64,000 nt of DNA from an uncultured bacterium (GCA_963710755.1 CAVQBK010000001.1:96001-160000); one strand, 5' to 3'; positions 9,082 to 19,204 are shown, counted from the first letter of the stretch. Translations and numbers: made by a program. Notes: generated from the sequence alone by a model not told the origin.

Positions 9082-10050
9082 ATGTTTAAATTTATCCTCA
9101 AACGGTTAGTGCTCTCCATTCCAATATTGCTGGGTATCACTATTATCACATTTGCCATTATTCATATCACGCCCGGCGGGTTCAGTTCGGTGCATATGGA
9201 TATGAATCCGAATGTGTCCCCAGATTCCATCGCCCAAATGAAAACGCTCTACGGGCTGGATAAGCCGGTGAGCACCCAATATCTGCAGTGGGTGGGGCGT
9301 TTGTTGCGGCTGGATTTCGGCCGTTCCTTTTTGGACCAGCAGCCCGTGATTGATAAAATCGGTGAGCGTCTCCCCGCTACTTTGTTGCTCAGCGGTATAT
9401 CGCTGATCATGATATTTTTACTGGCTATTCCTCTGGGTGTCTATTCTGCCATGCATCACAACAGCGCTCGCGATAGATGGATTACCGTCACCACCTTTGT
9501 AGGTTATTCGGTGCCCACTTTTTGGCTGGCGCTGTTGTGCATGCTTCTTTTTGGGGTGGTGCTTGATTGGCTGCCCGTATCGGGCATGCGTTCGGTCAAT
9601 CATGATCTGCTGTCGCCAATAGGGCAGGTGGGGGATTATATCAGCCATCTGATCATGCCCGTGTTCATATCTGCATTCGGTGGTGTGGCTTCCATATCGC
9701 GTTACACGCGCAGCAATATGCTGGAAGTGGTGCGCCAGGATTATATCCGCACAGCCCGGGCCAAGGGGCTCTCGAAGAACAAGATTTATTACCGGCATGC
9801 CCTGAAAAATGCCTTGTTGCCGATTGTCACCATTATCGGATTATCCTTACCCGGGCTGATCGGGGGCAGCTTTATTTTCGAGACCATCTTTTCCTGGCCC
9901 GGTATGGGACGGTTGGCCTATGATTCGGCCATGGCTTTTGACTATCCCACCATCATGGGCATTGGCGTGATCGGCGCTGTCCTGACCCTGATGGGCAATA
10001 TCATGGCCGATGTTTTATATGCGGCGGTTGATCCGCGCATTAGATTGTAA
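9082..10050 (+). CDS. oppB: Peptide ABC transporter permease
   Basis: YGLDKP, DFGRS, RTARAKGL, HALKNA, ETIFSWPGMG, DPRIRL. Confidence 0.92.
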   Translation: MFKFILKRLVLSIPILLGITIITFAIIHITPGGFSSVHMDMNPNVSPDSIAQMKTLYGLDKPVSTQYLQWVGRLLRLDFGRSFLDQQPVIDKIGERLPATLLLSGISLIMIFLLAIPLGVYSAMHHNSARDRWITVTTFVGYSVPTFWLALLCMLLFGVVLDWLPVSGMRSVNHDLLSPIGQVGDYISHLIMPVFISAFGGVASISRYTRSNMLEVVRQDYIRTARAKGLSKNKIYYRHALKNALLPIVTIIGLSLPGLIGGSFIFETIFSWPGMGRLAYDSAMAFDYPTIMGIGVIGAVLTLMGNIMADVLYAAVDPRIRL

Positions 10051-10120
10051 ATACGGCGATGTAGCAGAAAGGTCCTCTTGCCAAGAAACTTTTATTAGAA
10101 AATAACATCTGGCGATAATC

Positions 10121-10196
10121 GTCATGCCCGCATGCGCTTAGCCGGAATCCGGGGGGAGTTCTTTCCGCACTCCGCCTAAAACCATGCCGGCGTGCC
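10121..10196. repeat. Degenerate palindromic (REP-like) element in the oppB-oppC spacer
   Basis: Arms 10121-10146 (gtcatgcccgcatgcgcttagccgga) and 10171-10196 are inverted repeats matching at 19/26 positions. Confidence 0.55.
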
Positions 10197-10312
10197 CAAG
10201 GTTTGAAAAAAAGACTATGGTTTTATGCACCATGGACGGGATAAAAAACAAGTCAAAAACGATTGAGGTCATTAATCTTTTTGTAACGACCTGTATATCA
10301 CTAATCCCCTAG

Positions 10313-11206
10313 GTGGATGTGAGCCTGGGGAACGGGGGAGTGCATCGGCCAATGCAATTAACCGGGCAGTTTTTGGAAAAAGTACGCAATCGACCGCTGG
10401 CTATAACCGGAGCTGTGATTGTCGTCTTGCTTCTGCTGACAAGCTTGGCGGCACCATTATTGTCTCCCTATCCACCTGACCAGCAGGACCTGAACCTGCG
10501 TTTAAAGCCGCCCTCGTGGCAACATGTGCTGGGCACCGATGAATACGGCCGCGATGTACTTAGCCGCATGCTTTTTGGTGGCCGGGTGTCCTTGTCCGTG
10601 GGGTTTGTTGCCGTGGGAATATCCTTGGTCATTGGCATTGTGTTAGGTGCCATGGCCGGTTATTTTGGTGGATGGGTGGATCAGGTCATTATGCGGGGTG
10701 TGGATATCGTATTGTGCATTCCTACTTTGTTTTTAATCCTGATGCTCATCGTGTTTGTAGGCCCCAGTTTGTTTAATATCATGGTGATCATCGGGCTCAC
10801 CAGTTGGACCGAGTTGGCGCGGCTGGTGCGGGCTGAATTTTTATCTTTGAAAGAACGCGACTACAGTCAGGCCGCCAAAGCCATGGGGCTGAAGTCTTCC
10901 ACTATTATTTTTAAACATATCCTGCCCAATGCCCTGGCGCCGGTCTTTGTGTCCGCCACCTTCGGCATTGCCGGCGCCATCCTGCTGGAATCCGGACTTA
11001 GCTTTCTGGGATTGGGCGTGCAGCCGCCCATGGCCTCCTGGGGCAACATGCTCACCGCCGGCAAGGATTATATCACGCAAGCCTGGTGGTTGACCCTGAT
11101 GCCCGGCTTGGCCATTTTTATCACGGTGTTGGGCTATAATCTGATGGGAGACGGACTGCGTGATATTCTCGACCCGCGTCTTTCCGAGGGAGAGAACCTT
11201 GGCTGA
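10313..11206 (+). CDS. oppC: Peptide ABC transporter permease (likely start ATG 10352)
   Basis: HVLGTDEYGRDVLSR, KHILPN, ESGLSFLGLGVQPP.SWG. Confidence 0.92.
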   Translation: MDVSLGNGGVHRPMQLTGQFLEKVRNRPLAITGAVIVVLLLLTSLAAPLLSPYPPDQQDLNLRLKPPSWQHVLGTDEYGRDVLSRMLFGGRVSLSVGFVAVGISLVIGIVLGAMAGYFGGWVDQVIMRGVDIVLCIPTLFLILMLIVFVGPSLFNIMVIIGLTSWTELARLVRAEFLSLKERDYSQAAKAMGLKSSTIIFKHILPNALAPVFVSATFGIAGAILLESGLSFLGLGVQPPMASWGNMLTAGKDYITQAWWLTLMPGLAIFITVLGYNLMGDGLRDILDPRLSEGENLG

Positions 11207-12173
11207 AGCACCGGTTTTGGAAGTTCGACAACTGGAAGTTTTGTTTCCCCAGGGTTCGGGATCTTCCCTGAGGATAGTACGTGGTCTTGACTTCGCTCTG
11301 CTGCCGGGCAAGACCCTGGGCATCGTGGGAGAGTCGGGCTCAGGCAAAACCATGACGGCGCTGGCTTTGATGAGCTTGGTGCCCGAGCCGGGCCGGGTTC
11401 AAGGGGAAATCCGGTTGCAACAAAGGGTAATCAGCGGCCTGAAGGAACCGGATTATGAAAAAATACGCGGCGCCGCTCTTTCTATCGTGTTCCAGGATCC
11501 TTCCACCAGCCTCAATCCGGTTATGACCATTGGCCGACAGATGGTGGAAACTATTATTCAGCACCAGCACCTGACCCGCAGCCAAGCCGAGGTGGTGGCA
11601 GTGGAACGGCTAAAGCAGGTGGAGCTCCCTGATCCTCGCAAGCGGATGGACGACTATCCCCATCAATTGTCGGGAGGCATGAAGCAGCGGGTCCTGATTG
11701 CCATGGCCCTGGCCTGTGAACCGGCCTGTGTAATCATGGATGAGCCCACCACGGCCTTGGATGTTACCGTGCAATCACAGCTGCTTGATCTGATCGAAAA
11801 TGTTCAAGTCCAAACAGGGTCGGCTATCATTTTAATCACTCACGACATGGGTATCGTGGCTGAGGTGGCGGATGATATAGCCATTATGTATGCCGGACAA
11901 TTCGTGGAAAAGGGAACCCTTACAGAGGTGCTGCACTCGCCTCGTCATCCCTATACTAATGGACTGCTTCGTTCCATTCCCAAGGGCGGTGATTACAAGC
12001 AACCGCTGAGCACCATTGCCGGCTTGCCACCCAGCCCCTTGAGGCTGCCAACGGGATGCCCCTTTCACCCGCGCTGTCCCAGGGCCATCGCCCGCTGTCG
12101 TATTCAGGAGCCGGTTTTAGAACCGCAAGGGTCACAATTGGTGGCTTGCTGGAATGTGGAGTCAGTATTATGA
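11199..12173 (+). CDS. oppD: Peptide ABC transporter ATP-binding protein
   Basis: [39 protein letters not shown] 11199 overlaps the oppC end. Confidence 0.92.
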   Translation: MAEAPVLEVRQLEVLFPQGSGSSLRIVRGLDFALLPGKTLGIVGESGSGKTMTALALMSLVPEPGRVQGEIRLQQRVISGLKEPDYEKIRGAALSIVFQDPSTSLNPVMTIGRQMVETIIQHQHLTRSQAEVVAVERLKQVELPDPRKRMDDYPHQLSGGMKQRVLIAMALACEPACVIMDEPTTALDVTVQSQLLDLIENVQVQTGSAIILITHDMGIVAEVADDIAIMYAGQFVEKGTLTEVLHSPRHPYTNGLLRSIPKGGDYKQPLSTIAGLPPSPLRLPTGCPFHPRCPRAIARCRIQEPVLEPQGSQLVACWNVESVL

Positions 12174-13141
12174 ACGAACCCCTTCTTCAAATTAGAGGAC
12201 TGGGTAAAGATTTTCCGGTTAAAAATAAAGGCTGGCTGGGCAGCAGTGACCGGTTGGTAGCTGTGGATCAAATAGATCTAATTCTGGCTAAAGGTACTTG
12301 TTTGGGTCTGGTGGGGGAATCCGGTTGCGGCAAAACCACCCTGGGCCGTCTCCTATGCCGGTTGGAGACCCCTAGCCGGGGGGCGATTTATTTTAATGGG
12401 CAGCCGATTCATCATCTTCGCGGACGCGCCTTGCGCAACTTGCGCACACAATTTCAGCCGGTATTCCAGGATCCTCTGGGCAGTCTCAATCCCCGTTTCT
12501 CTGTAGCCGAAACCTTGAGGGAGGCTCTAATAAAAAAACGGTCCTCTGCGGATAGCCAAGCCCTGAAAGTCCTGCTCAACCGGGTAGGACTGGATACGGA
12601 AGTATTGGGACGCTACCCCCATCAGCTGTCCGGGGGCCAACGTCAACGCATTGGCATTGCCCGGGCCCTGGCGTTGGAGCCGATTTTGCTGGTGGCTGAT
12701 GAACCGGTCTCCTCTTTGGATGTTTCTATTCAGGCTCAGATATTGAATTTATTACTGGCGTTACAACGGGAATCGGGCTTGAGCATGATCTTTATTTCCC
12801 ATGATTTACGTGTGGTCAGTCATTTGGCCGATGAAGTAGGCGTCATGTACCTGGGACGCATGATGGAACTGGCACCGGTAAGATCTTTATTTGACAAACC
12901 CCGTCATCCCTATACCCAAGCCTTGCTTAAAGCTTTACCACGGTTAAAACCAGGACGGGGCCGGAAACGGGCGGTGTTGATGGGGGATCTGCCTTCGCCG
13001 GTTAATCCCCGTCCTGGCTGCCGATTCTACAGCCGCTGTCCTTTTGGCGACCAGAGGTGTTTGGATTATGAGAATGACTTGTTGATGGCCGGGGAGCACC
13101 ATCAGGTGGCTTGTATAAAATGGAAGGAATTATCAATATAA
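12170..13141 (+). CDS. oppF: Peptide ABC transporter ATP-binding protein
   Basis: [38 protein letters not shown] 12170 overlaps the oppD stop (ATGA). Confidence 0.92.
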   Translation: MNEPLLQIRGLGKDFPVKNKGWLGSSDRLVAVDQIDLILAKGTCLGLVGESGCGKTTLGRLLCRLETPSRGAIYFNGQPIHHLRGRALRNLRTQFQPVFQDPLGSLNPRFSVAETLREALIKKRSSADSQALKVLLNRVGLDTEVLGRYPHQLSGGQRQRIGIARALALEPILLVADEPVSSLDVSIQAQILNLLLALQRESGLSMIFISHDLRVVSHLADEVGVMYLGRMMELAPVRSLFDKPRHPYTQALLKALPRLKPGRGRKRAVLMGDLPSPVNPRPGCRFYSRCPFGDQRCLDYENDLLMAGEHHQVACIKWKELSI

Positions 13142-13159
13142 GCCCGAAGATACCGATAC
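13133..13159 (+). promoter_or_regulatory. Candidate sigma28-type promoter
   Basis: TCAA-N15-ACCGATAC compared with consensus TAAA-N15-GCCGATAA. Confidence 0.3.
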
Positions 13160-13180
13160 TAACCAACAGGTCAAGACGAG

Positions 13181-14110
13181 GTGATAGGCATTATGGCGGA
13201 AGTGATTTTAATTGCCGAAGATGATCCGCAAATTGTGGAACTACTGAAAATTATTCTGGAAACCAAACAATATGAAATTTGTTGGGCTAAAGACGGGGAA
13301 GAGGCCATGGCTGTGGCCAAAAAAACAAAACCCGATCTGATTCTGCTTGATATCATGATGCCCAAGCTTAATGGTTATGAAGTCATGCATCTGCTCAAGG
13401 AAGACCCTGAACTCAAGGATATCCCCGCCATTTTTTTAACCGCCAAAGGCACGATGGAAGACAAGGTCACAGGGCTGAAAATGGGGAGCCACGATTATAT
13501 TACCAAGCCTTTTGACATTTACGAACTGATTGCACGCGTAGAAGCCGCATTGCGGCTCAAAAACGTGGTGGGGCCGTTTAGAAAACGGGATCGCCGTGCC
13601 AAGGACATACTTTTAGCCGACCCGCTAACTGGGTTATACAACAAACACTATTTTAAAGAGCGTATGCAAGAAGAACTCGGTCGGGCCAAACAGTATAACT
13701 ATCCCATTGCCTGCCTGATGATAGATGTGGATGATTATCAGGTGGTAAAAAATAAATTCGGCGAACTGCCGGCCAACCAAATGCTGCAGCAATTGGCGGT
13801 TTTGTTAAAATACAGCAACCGGGTCGTGGATGTTATCGGCCGCTTAAGCACGGACCGCTTTGTGGCTTGCCTTACCCAGACAGATCAGGGTGGTTTAAAA
13901 GTGTTTGGTGAGCGGCTTCGGGAAAAGATCCAAAGAGCACGCCTGGTCACGGCCGATCCCCAGTTTCAAGTCACCGTATCCCTCGGTGGCGTGGCGTTAA
14001 ACAGTGACACCGAGGGCAAACTGGACTACCTTTTATCCACGGCAGAGGAGATGTTGCGGCAGGCTAAAACCGAGGGTAAAAATCATTTGGTCATTCTTCC
14101 TCAAGCCTGA
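13181..14110 (+). CDS. Response regulator, REC + degenerate GGDEF domain (A-site STDRF, I-site RxxD intact)
   Basis: AEDD, LLDIMMP and KPF receiver motifs; DPLTGLYN; RVVDVIGRLSTDRF; TVSLGG. Confidence 0.9.
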   Translation: MIGIMAEVILIAEDDPQIVELLKIILETKQYEICWAKDGEEAMAVAKKTKPDLILLDIMMPKLNGYEVMHLLKEDPELKDIPAIFLTAKGTMEDKVTGLKMGSHDYITKPFDIYELIARVEAALRLKNVVGPFRKRDRRAKDILLADPLTGLYNKHYFKERMQEELGRAKQYNYPIACLMIDVDDYQVVKNKFGELPANQMLQQLAVLLKYSNRVVDVIGRLSTDRFVACLTQTDQGGLKVFGERLREKIQRARLVTADPQFQVTVSLGGVALNSDTEGKLDYLLSTAEEMLRQAKTEGKNHLVILPQA

Positions 14111-14205
14111 TATTTTTTTTACTCCAACCCGATAAATCCATAAACGGCATGAGGGCTATGCGGAAATAAGCGTTTAATATAAGGCTTTTAATGATATTGA
14201 TTGCC

Positions 14206-14234
14206 TTGACATTAACCACTCGATAAGGTATAGT
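14206..14234 (+). promoter_or_regulatory. sigma70 promoter for tRNA-Leu
   Basis: TTGACA-N17-TATAGT. Confidence 0.8.
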
Positions 14235-14257
14235 TCCCTGCTATAGGCCAACCTTGG

Positions 14258-14341
14258 GCGAGGATGGTGGAATTGGCAGACACGTACGTTTGAGGGGCGT
14301 ATGGTTAATCCGTGCGGGTTCAAGTCCCGCTCCTCGCACCA
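14258..14341 (+). tRNA. tRNA-Leu(GAG)
   Basis: Acceptor stem gcgagga/tcctcgc, anticodon arm tacgt-ttGAGgg-gcgta, long variable arm, GGTTCAAGTC, encoded CCA. Confidence 0.95.
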
Positions 14342-14342
14342 T

Positions 14343-14367
14343 GCTAATTCGGCAAAGCCGAATTAGC
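14343..14367 (+). terminator. Perfect 11-bp hairpin after tRNA-Leu (possible terminator or processing signal; no U-tract)
   Basis: gctaattcggc-aaa-gccgaattagc; a second 11-bp stem pairs 14377-14387 with 14419-14429. Confidence 0.45.
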
Positions 14368-14563
14368 CCAGCAACACAAATTGAGAATTGAAAAATCAGC
14401 TGCATTTTGTTTTTGCGGTTCTCAATTTGCGATTTATGAAATAAAAATAGGCTTATAGGCTGATCGTCAACCATCTGTTTCCCCCCAACCAAAATCAAAG
14501 ATAGCCCCCGCGTGGAATGGTTTCCATTGGCTGGCAGGGGATAAACAAAAAACAACGGAGGTC

Positions 14564-15499
14564 ATGATGGCCGAAAACATTTTAATTGCGGAAGATGATG
14601 CCAATATTGCCGAGTTGGTTAAGATCATCCTGGAAGCCAAAGGGTATATCACCGACTGGGCCAAGGACGGCGAGGAAGCTTTAAACAAAGCTCAGGAGAT
14701 CATTCCTGATTTAATCTTACTTGATGTCATGATGCCGCGCTTGAACGGATACGAGGTTCTAAAAGCTCTCAAAGAGAACGCGGCTGTTCAACATATCCCT
14801 GTAATTTTTCTCACAGTCAAAGGGGAAACGGACAGCAAGGTGGTGGGCCTGCGCATGGGTGGCCATGACTACATTACCAAACCTTTTGACCTGGATGAAT
14901 TAATCGCCCGGGTGGAAGCGGCCTTGCGCATTAAAGGTGAGCACGATCATTTGCGGGACGTTAACAACCGTCTGGCGGAACTTTCTATGACGGATCCGTT
15001 GACTTCACTCTACAACAAGCGTTATTTAATGGAACGATTTCGTGAGGAAATAGAGCGGGCCAAACGTTATCATTATCCCATTGCCTGCCTGAAAGTCGCC
15101 ATCAATAAATTCAAGCCTGTCAATGATCAATTGGGAGAACTGCAGACCAATCAGATTCTTCAGCAGATTGCCTTAATTATGAAAAATTCCAATCGCGTGG
15201 TGGATATCATTGCTCGTCTGGACGGACCCGAATTTCTACTCATTCTGCCTCAGACCGATCTGGGTGGGGCGGAAACTGTGGCCGGTCGATTGAAAAAAAT
15301 TGTGGAAGAAACACGCTTTATTCGCAACATGCCTGATTTTACAGTGACCATTTCCCTAGGTGCCAGTGCTTATGCCACTGATGAAGTGAACAGCACCGAA
15401 GAATTGTTGGCCACGACAGAGTTTGCTTTGGCTGAAACTCAGAAGTTGGGTGATAATCAGATGATGGCCGTCAGCCCGAAGGGAATGACTAAACCATAA
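14564..15499 (+). CDS. Response regulator, REC + degenerate GGDEF domain (A-site DGPEF, I-site RxxD intact); paralogue of 13181-14110
   Basis: AEDD, LLDVMMP; TDPLTSLYN; RVVDIIARLDGPEF. Confidence 0.9.
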   Translation: MMAENILIAEDDANIAELVKIILEAKGYITDWAKDGEEALNKAQEIIPDLILLDVMMPRLNGYEVLKALKENAAVQHIPVIFLTVKGETDSKVVGLRMGGHDYITKPFDLDELIARVEAALRIKGEHDHLRDVNNRLAELSMTDPLTSLYNKRYLMERFREEIERAKRYHYPIACLKVAINKFKPVNDQLGELQTNQILQQIALIMKNSNRVVDIIARLDGPEFLLILPQTDLGGAETVAGRLKKIVEETRFIRNMPDFTVTISLGASAYATDEVNSTEELLATTEFALAETQKLGDNQMMAVSPKGMTKP

Positions 15500-17472
15500 T
15501 GACCGTCAAATTACGTCCTACCGGTTGGGAAATCAACGGCCAGAAGCTGCCTTGGATTTGGGGGCAGATCAACTACTGGGACATTGAACGATCCTCATGG
15601 CGCAGCGTGTTGCGTGCTTACAAACACGCCGGTCATGCCGTGGTTTCTACGGCCATTTTACCCCGCATTCATCAAACCGGACCCGGGCAGTATGCTTTCG
15701 GCGCCGGCCATCCTCGCCTGGATTTACAAGAATTTTTACGGGAAGTTCATGACTCTGGCTTGAAGTTGTTTTGTTGGGTTGGCCCCCGCCAAATTCCGGG
15801 CTGTGGCGGAGCTGGTTACCCCGAGGAAATCTGGCAGGAGGAACACGGTCTGGCACGTGATCCCCAACAAGGCATGGTATGGTCCAGTATTGGCCATGGG
15901 CAGGAAATATTTAGTCTGCCCAGTTTGGTTCATCCCCGTTTAAAAGACCTACTCGCCCCTTTTGTTCAAGCCCTGGAACCTGTGCTTAAACCCTTTGTTC
16001 ATCCTGATGGGCCTATTATTGGTTTGGGTCTTACCCAGGCACCGGGTTGGGATAATGCCTTGGGGCCTTATGACGGGGATTATCATCCTGATGTCATCAG
16101 TCTTTATCACTCCTTTTTAAAGAAAAAATACGGACGCATCAGTCTTCTCAACAAATGCTGTTATACCGATTTTGCCGGATTCAAGGAAGTGGAGCCGCCT
16201 GTGAAATGGGTAGGCAGCGCACAGAATGTTGATCAAGCCAGCATGGATTGGATGCAATTTAGGGAGAACTATTTTGTCCGCGCTGCGGAAATGATCCATG
16301 CCCTCTTTCAACCCTTGAGTTTTAATCAAATCCCGATGGTACTGGCCGCTCTACCGGTCAGCACCTCCCCCAATAATTTGACGGAGCTGGAAAAAACACG
16401 CTGTTTTGATTATGTTATGCCTGATCTGACGGAAGGTCCCGCCTCTTTGATGGAAACCCTCAAAGCTTGCGCGGCGCAGACACGGTTCGGCACCTTATTC
16501 AACCTGCTTCTTGGTCAAAATGACGAAGCCAAAGAACAACAAGACTATAGGCTTATGCAGGCCCTGGCCGCAGGTGTTCGAGGTTGGGATGGGCTGAATC
16601 CCGCCGGCAGTGGACCCTATCCAGGATTTTTGGTGAACCGGGAAGGAAAACCTAACCGCTATCATCATGGCTTTTGGCAAATTCTGCGTGATCAGTTGTC
16701 GGGGGAGGGCTTTATGGACAGCCAGCTGCACGCGGACCTGATTCTTTTAACCGATTCGGAGATGGAAAGGGCGTTGGTCTGTCATTACCATGCGCAATCG
16801 ACCAGTGCCGGTCATGATCAAGAATCACCCCTACCCGTGGATCCTGCCACGGCTGCTTATGCACAGCTAATGCAGGACTTGACCACTTTTTTTAAATCCC
16901 ATCACTATCCTATTTTGGCCGCCACCGGGGCTCTGCCCCAAGGCCGTCTGGGCAAGAATCAAGTGGTGGTGGTGCCATGTTGGGAAGGCCTTTCGGAAAA
17001 TATCCAACAGCTGATAAATCAACTGGTTAAGAATGGTCACGAAGTTATTTTATTGGGTTCCTTGCCGGCGGCCAAAGATGAAAGTCAATTTATCCCCCTG
17101 CAAGAACTGGTTACCCTTAAGCCTAAAAGAAGCACTTCGAAAAAGAAAAAAACGGTCAAACAAGGGCAAGCCCATTACCTGGAAACTGTGGATGAAAACA
17201 AGCTTTTACGGCTATTTCAGCAAATTGGGTTGCAACGCAGCGTCATTATTGAAAATGAGGCAGTGGAATTACAATATCATAAATTGAAAAATCGTCTTTT
17301 CATTAGTGTTCATAATCCTCTGTCAGAGGACCTTGAAGTCACCGTACAGCGTCCTGGTAAATTTGTGCTCAAGGATTTTTGGGATAACAATAAATTTCTT
17401 GGCGGCAACAATGAAATCCTGGTGACCTTGGCCGCAGAGAGCGTTAAATTATGGGAGCTGATTCCATGCTAA
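15499..17472 (+). CDS. Beta-galactosidase-like (GH35/GH42) protein, probably catalytically inactive
   Basis: GQINYW, H..GPGQYAF, DLQEFL...GL....GP, GAGYPE and FLKKKYG.I..LN motifs; DGPIIGLGLTQ stands where GGPII..Q.ENE is expected. Confidence 0.7.
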   Translation: MTVKLRPTGWEINGQKLPWIWGQINYWDIERSSWRSVLRAYKHAGHAVVSTAILPRIHQTGPGQYAFGAGHPRLDLQEFLREVHDSGLKLFCWVGPRQIPGCGGAGYPEEIWQEEHGLARDPQQGMVWSSIGHGQEIFSLPSLVHPRLKDLLAPFVQALEPVLKPFVHPDGPIIGLGLTQAPGWDNALGPYDGDYHPDVISLYHSFLKKKYGRISLLNKCCYTDFAGFKEVEPPVKWVGSAQNVDQASMDWMQFRENYFVRAAEMIHALFQPLSFNQIPMVLAALPVSTSPNNLTELEKTRCFDYVMPDLTEGPASLMETLKACAAQTRFGTLFNLLLGQNDEAKEQQDYRLMQALAAGVRGWDGLNPAGSGPYPGFLVNREGKPNRYHHGFWQILRDQLSGEGFMDSQLHADLILLTDSEMERALVCHYHAQSTSAGHDQESPLPVDPATAAYAQLMQDLTTFFKSHHYPILAATGALPQGRLGKNQVVVVPCWEGLSENIQQLINQLVKNGHEVILLGSLPAAKDESQFIPLQELVTLKPKRSTSKKKKTVKQGQAHYLETVDENKLLRLFQQIGLQRSVIIENEAVELQYHKLKNRLFISVHNPLSEDLEVTVQRPGKFVLKDFWDNNKFLGGNNEILVTLAAESVKLWELIPC

Positions 17473-18071
17473 ATCCTGGTTTTAAGCTGCTTGATCCTGA
17501 TCCGTCCTTTAGTGAGCGCTTACAGGCCCTGATGCCGCTGGGTAACGGTCTCGATGCCCTGGAAGCCATCAGTGATGATTTGTTACAAAAACACAAAGCG
17601 GTTTTAAATCAACATATCACCAGAGCAGGGATCGTTACCCAAGCCGGACTTTGGCCTGTTCTGCAAGCCCTGGAACCAGACTTGGCGGGGAAGGAACTTA
17701 CCCTCATGGGTCTGCCGTTGGCCAGACTGGCACCACTTTATGGTAGTGTAAAAGAGCCCCTTACCATGCTTTTGGGCATTTTAACAGGTGAAGAAATCTG
17801 GACGGGCATGCTGGCGGGCGTGTCCGAAGGGAGTCTTGATTTTCTGGCCACCCTGCAATGGCTTTGGCAGGAGGAACCGGAACTGGCCAGTAAACAAACC
17901 TTGCAGGATTTTGCGGAATGGCGCCAAGCCGTGGTCAAACGATTCGGCCGAAAAACGGTAGGCCTGTTTATTTATCTCAATGAATTCAAACAATGGCAGC
18001 AACATGGTTTTGCACGGACCAAACTGAACGAGTTCATAGGCCAACAAACGGCCGTGCTTGATTGGTTATAA
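17466..18071 (+). CDS. Hypothetical protein
   Basis: ~200-aa ORF overlapping the upstream stop, host-like codon usage. Confidence 0.65.
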   Translation: MLNPGFKLLDPDPSFSERLQALMPLGNGLDALEAISDDLLQKHKAVLNQHITRAGIVTQAGLWPVLQALEPDLAGKELTLMGLPLARLAPLYGSVKEPLTMLLGILTGEEIWTGMLAGVSEGSLDFLATLQWLWQEEPELASKQTLQDFAEWRQAVVKRFGRKTVGLFIYLNEFKQWQQHGFARTKLNEFIGQQTAVLDWL

Positions 18072-18076
18072 ATCAC

Positions 18077-18105
18077 TTGAACACCTGCGGGAGACCACGT
18101 AAAAT
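18077..18105 (+). promoter_or_regulatory. sigma70 promoter upstream of ROK kinase
   Basis: TTGAAC-N17-TAAAAT. Confidence 0.5.
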
Positions 18106-18235
18106 GTGTTCCACCTTGCGGTCTGAATCAAGATGAACAGCCGTGAACGGACGGGCAGATTCTCTCTAACGCCGAGGTAAGTGCAAGGCTCTTTTCGCAA
18201 TCTCATAATCATCACTCGCACAAGGGGATAGCATA

Positions 18236-19204
18236 GTGAAAAAAATCTATCTTGGCATTGATTTGGGTGGCAGCAACATAAGTGCAGCGTTGATGGATGC
18301 CAGTGGAACCATTATCCGTTTTGAAAAAACGGCTACGTTGGCCCAAAGTGGGAAAAAAAGAGTAATCGAACGAATCGTAGGTTTGGCCAATAAAATCCAA
18401 CATGATGCCGGGGTTTCCAAAAAAGAGGTTAAAGGCATGGGCATGGGTGTGCCGGGGGTATTGGATGTTTCCCGCGGCGTGGTCAAATATTCACCCAACC
18501 TGCCGGGATGGCGGAATGTTCCTCTGAAAAAGGAGTTGGAAGATGCTTTGGCCTTGAAAGTCGTAATTGATAATGATGCCAATGCAGCGGCTTATGGTGA
18601 GAAATGGCTGGGTGCCGGCAACGGCAAACAGGATGTGGTGGTGTATACCTTGGGCACCGGTGTGGGTGGCGGCATTATTATTGGAGGCCAGCTGGTACAC
18701 GGCAGTTGCGACGGGGCAGGAGAACTGGGACATACGACGATCATGGTGGATGGACCACAATGCGCTTGTGGTAATCACGGTTGCCTGGAAACCCTGGTTT
18801 CAGGCACGGGGATTGCCCGGCGCGCTCAAGAACTGATCAAGGCCGGCCGAAAATCCATTTTATTGCGGATGTGCGATGGACGGCTTTCCGATATTACGGC
18901 CAAACTTGTTTTTCTCGGAGCGCGCAAAGGCGATAAATTGGCCAAGGAAGTGGTGGAAAAAACCGGTGAGTATTTGGGCATTGCCGTGGCCAATATGATT
19001 AATCTTCTTAACCCCGAATTGATAATAATTGGTGGCGGGGTGTCCGTAGCCGGAGAGCTGCTGTTAAAAGTGATAAGACAGGAAGCAAAAAAACGAGCGT
19101 TTAAGGAACTTTACCGTTGTACCAAGATTGTCAAAGCAACGCTGGCGGATCGGGCAGGCGTTTATGGAGCAGTGGGCATTGCCATTCAAGCTTTTGGGCA
19201 GTAA
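18236..19204 (+). CDS. glk: ROK-family glucokinase
   Basis: GIDLGGS, NDANAAAYGE, TLGTGVGGG, GELGH, CACGNHGCLE. Confidence 0.9.
   Translation: MKKIYLGIDLGGSNISAALMDASGTIIRFEKTATLAQSGKKRVIERIVGLANKIQHDAGVSKKEVKGMGMGVPGVLDVSRGVVKYSPNLPGWRNVPLKKELEDALALKVVIDNDANAAAYGEKWLGAGNGKQDVVVYTLGTGVGGGIIIGGQLVHGSCDGAGELGHTTIMVDGPQCACGNHGCLETLVSGTGIARRAQELIKAGRKSILLRMCDGRLSDITAKLVFLGARKGDKLAKEVVEKTGEYLGIAVANMINLLNPELIIIGGGVSVAGELLLKVIRQEAKKRAFKELYRCTKIVKATLADRAGVYGAVGIAIQAFGQ

Noticed and set aside
14258-14341. tRNA-Leu as an integration site
   Set aside because: No second copy of its 3' end was noticed in the window, and the flanking genes are host-like.
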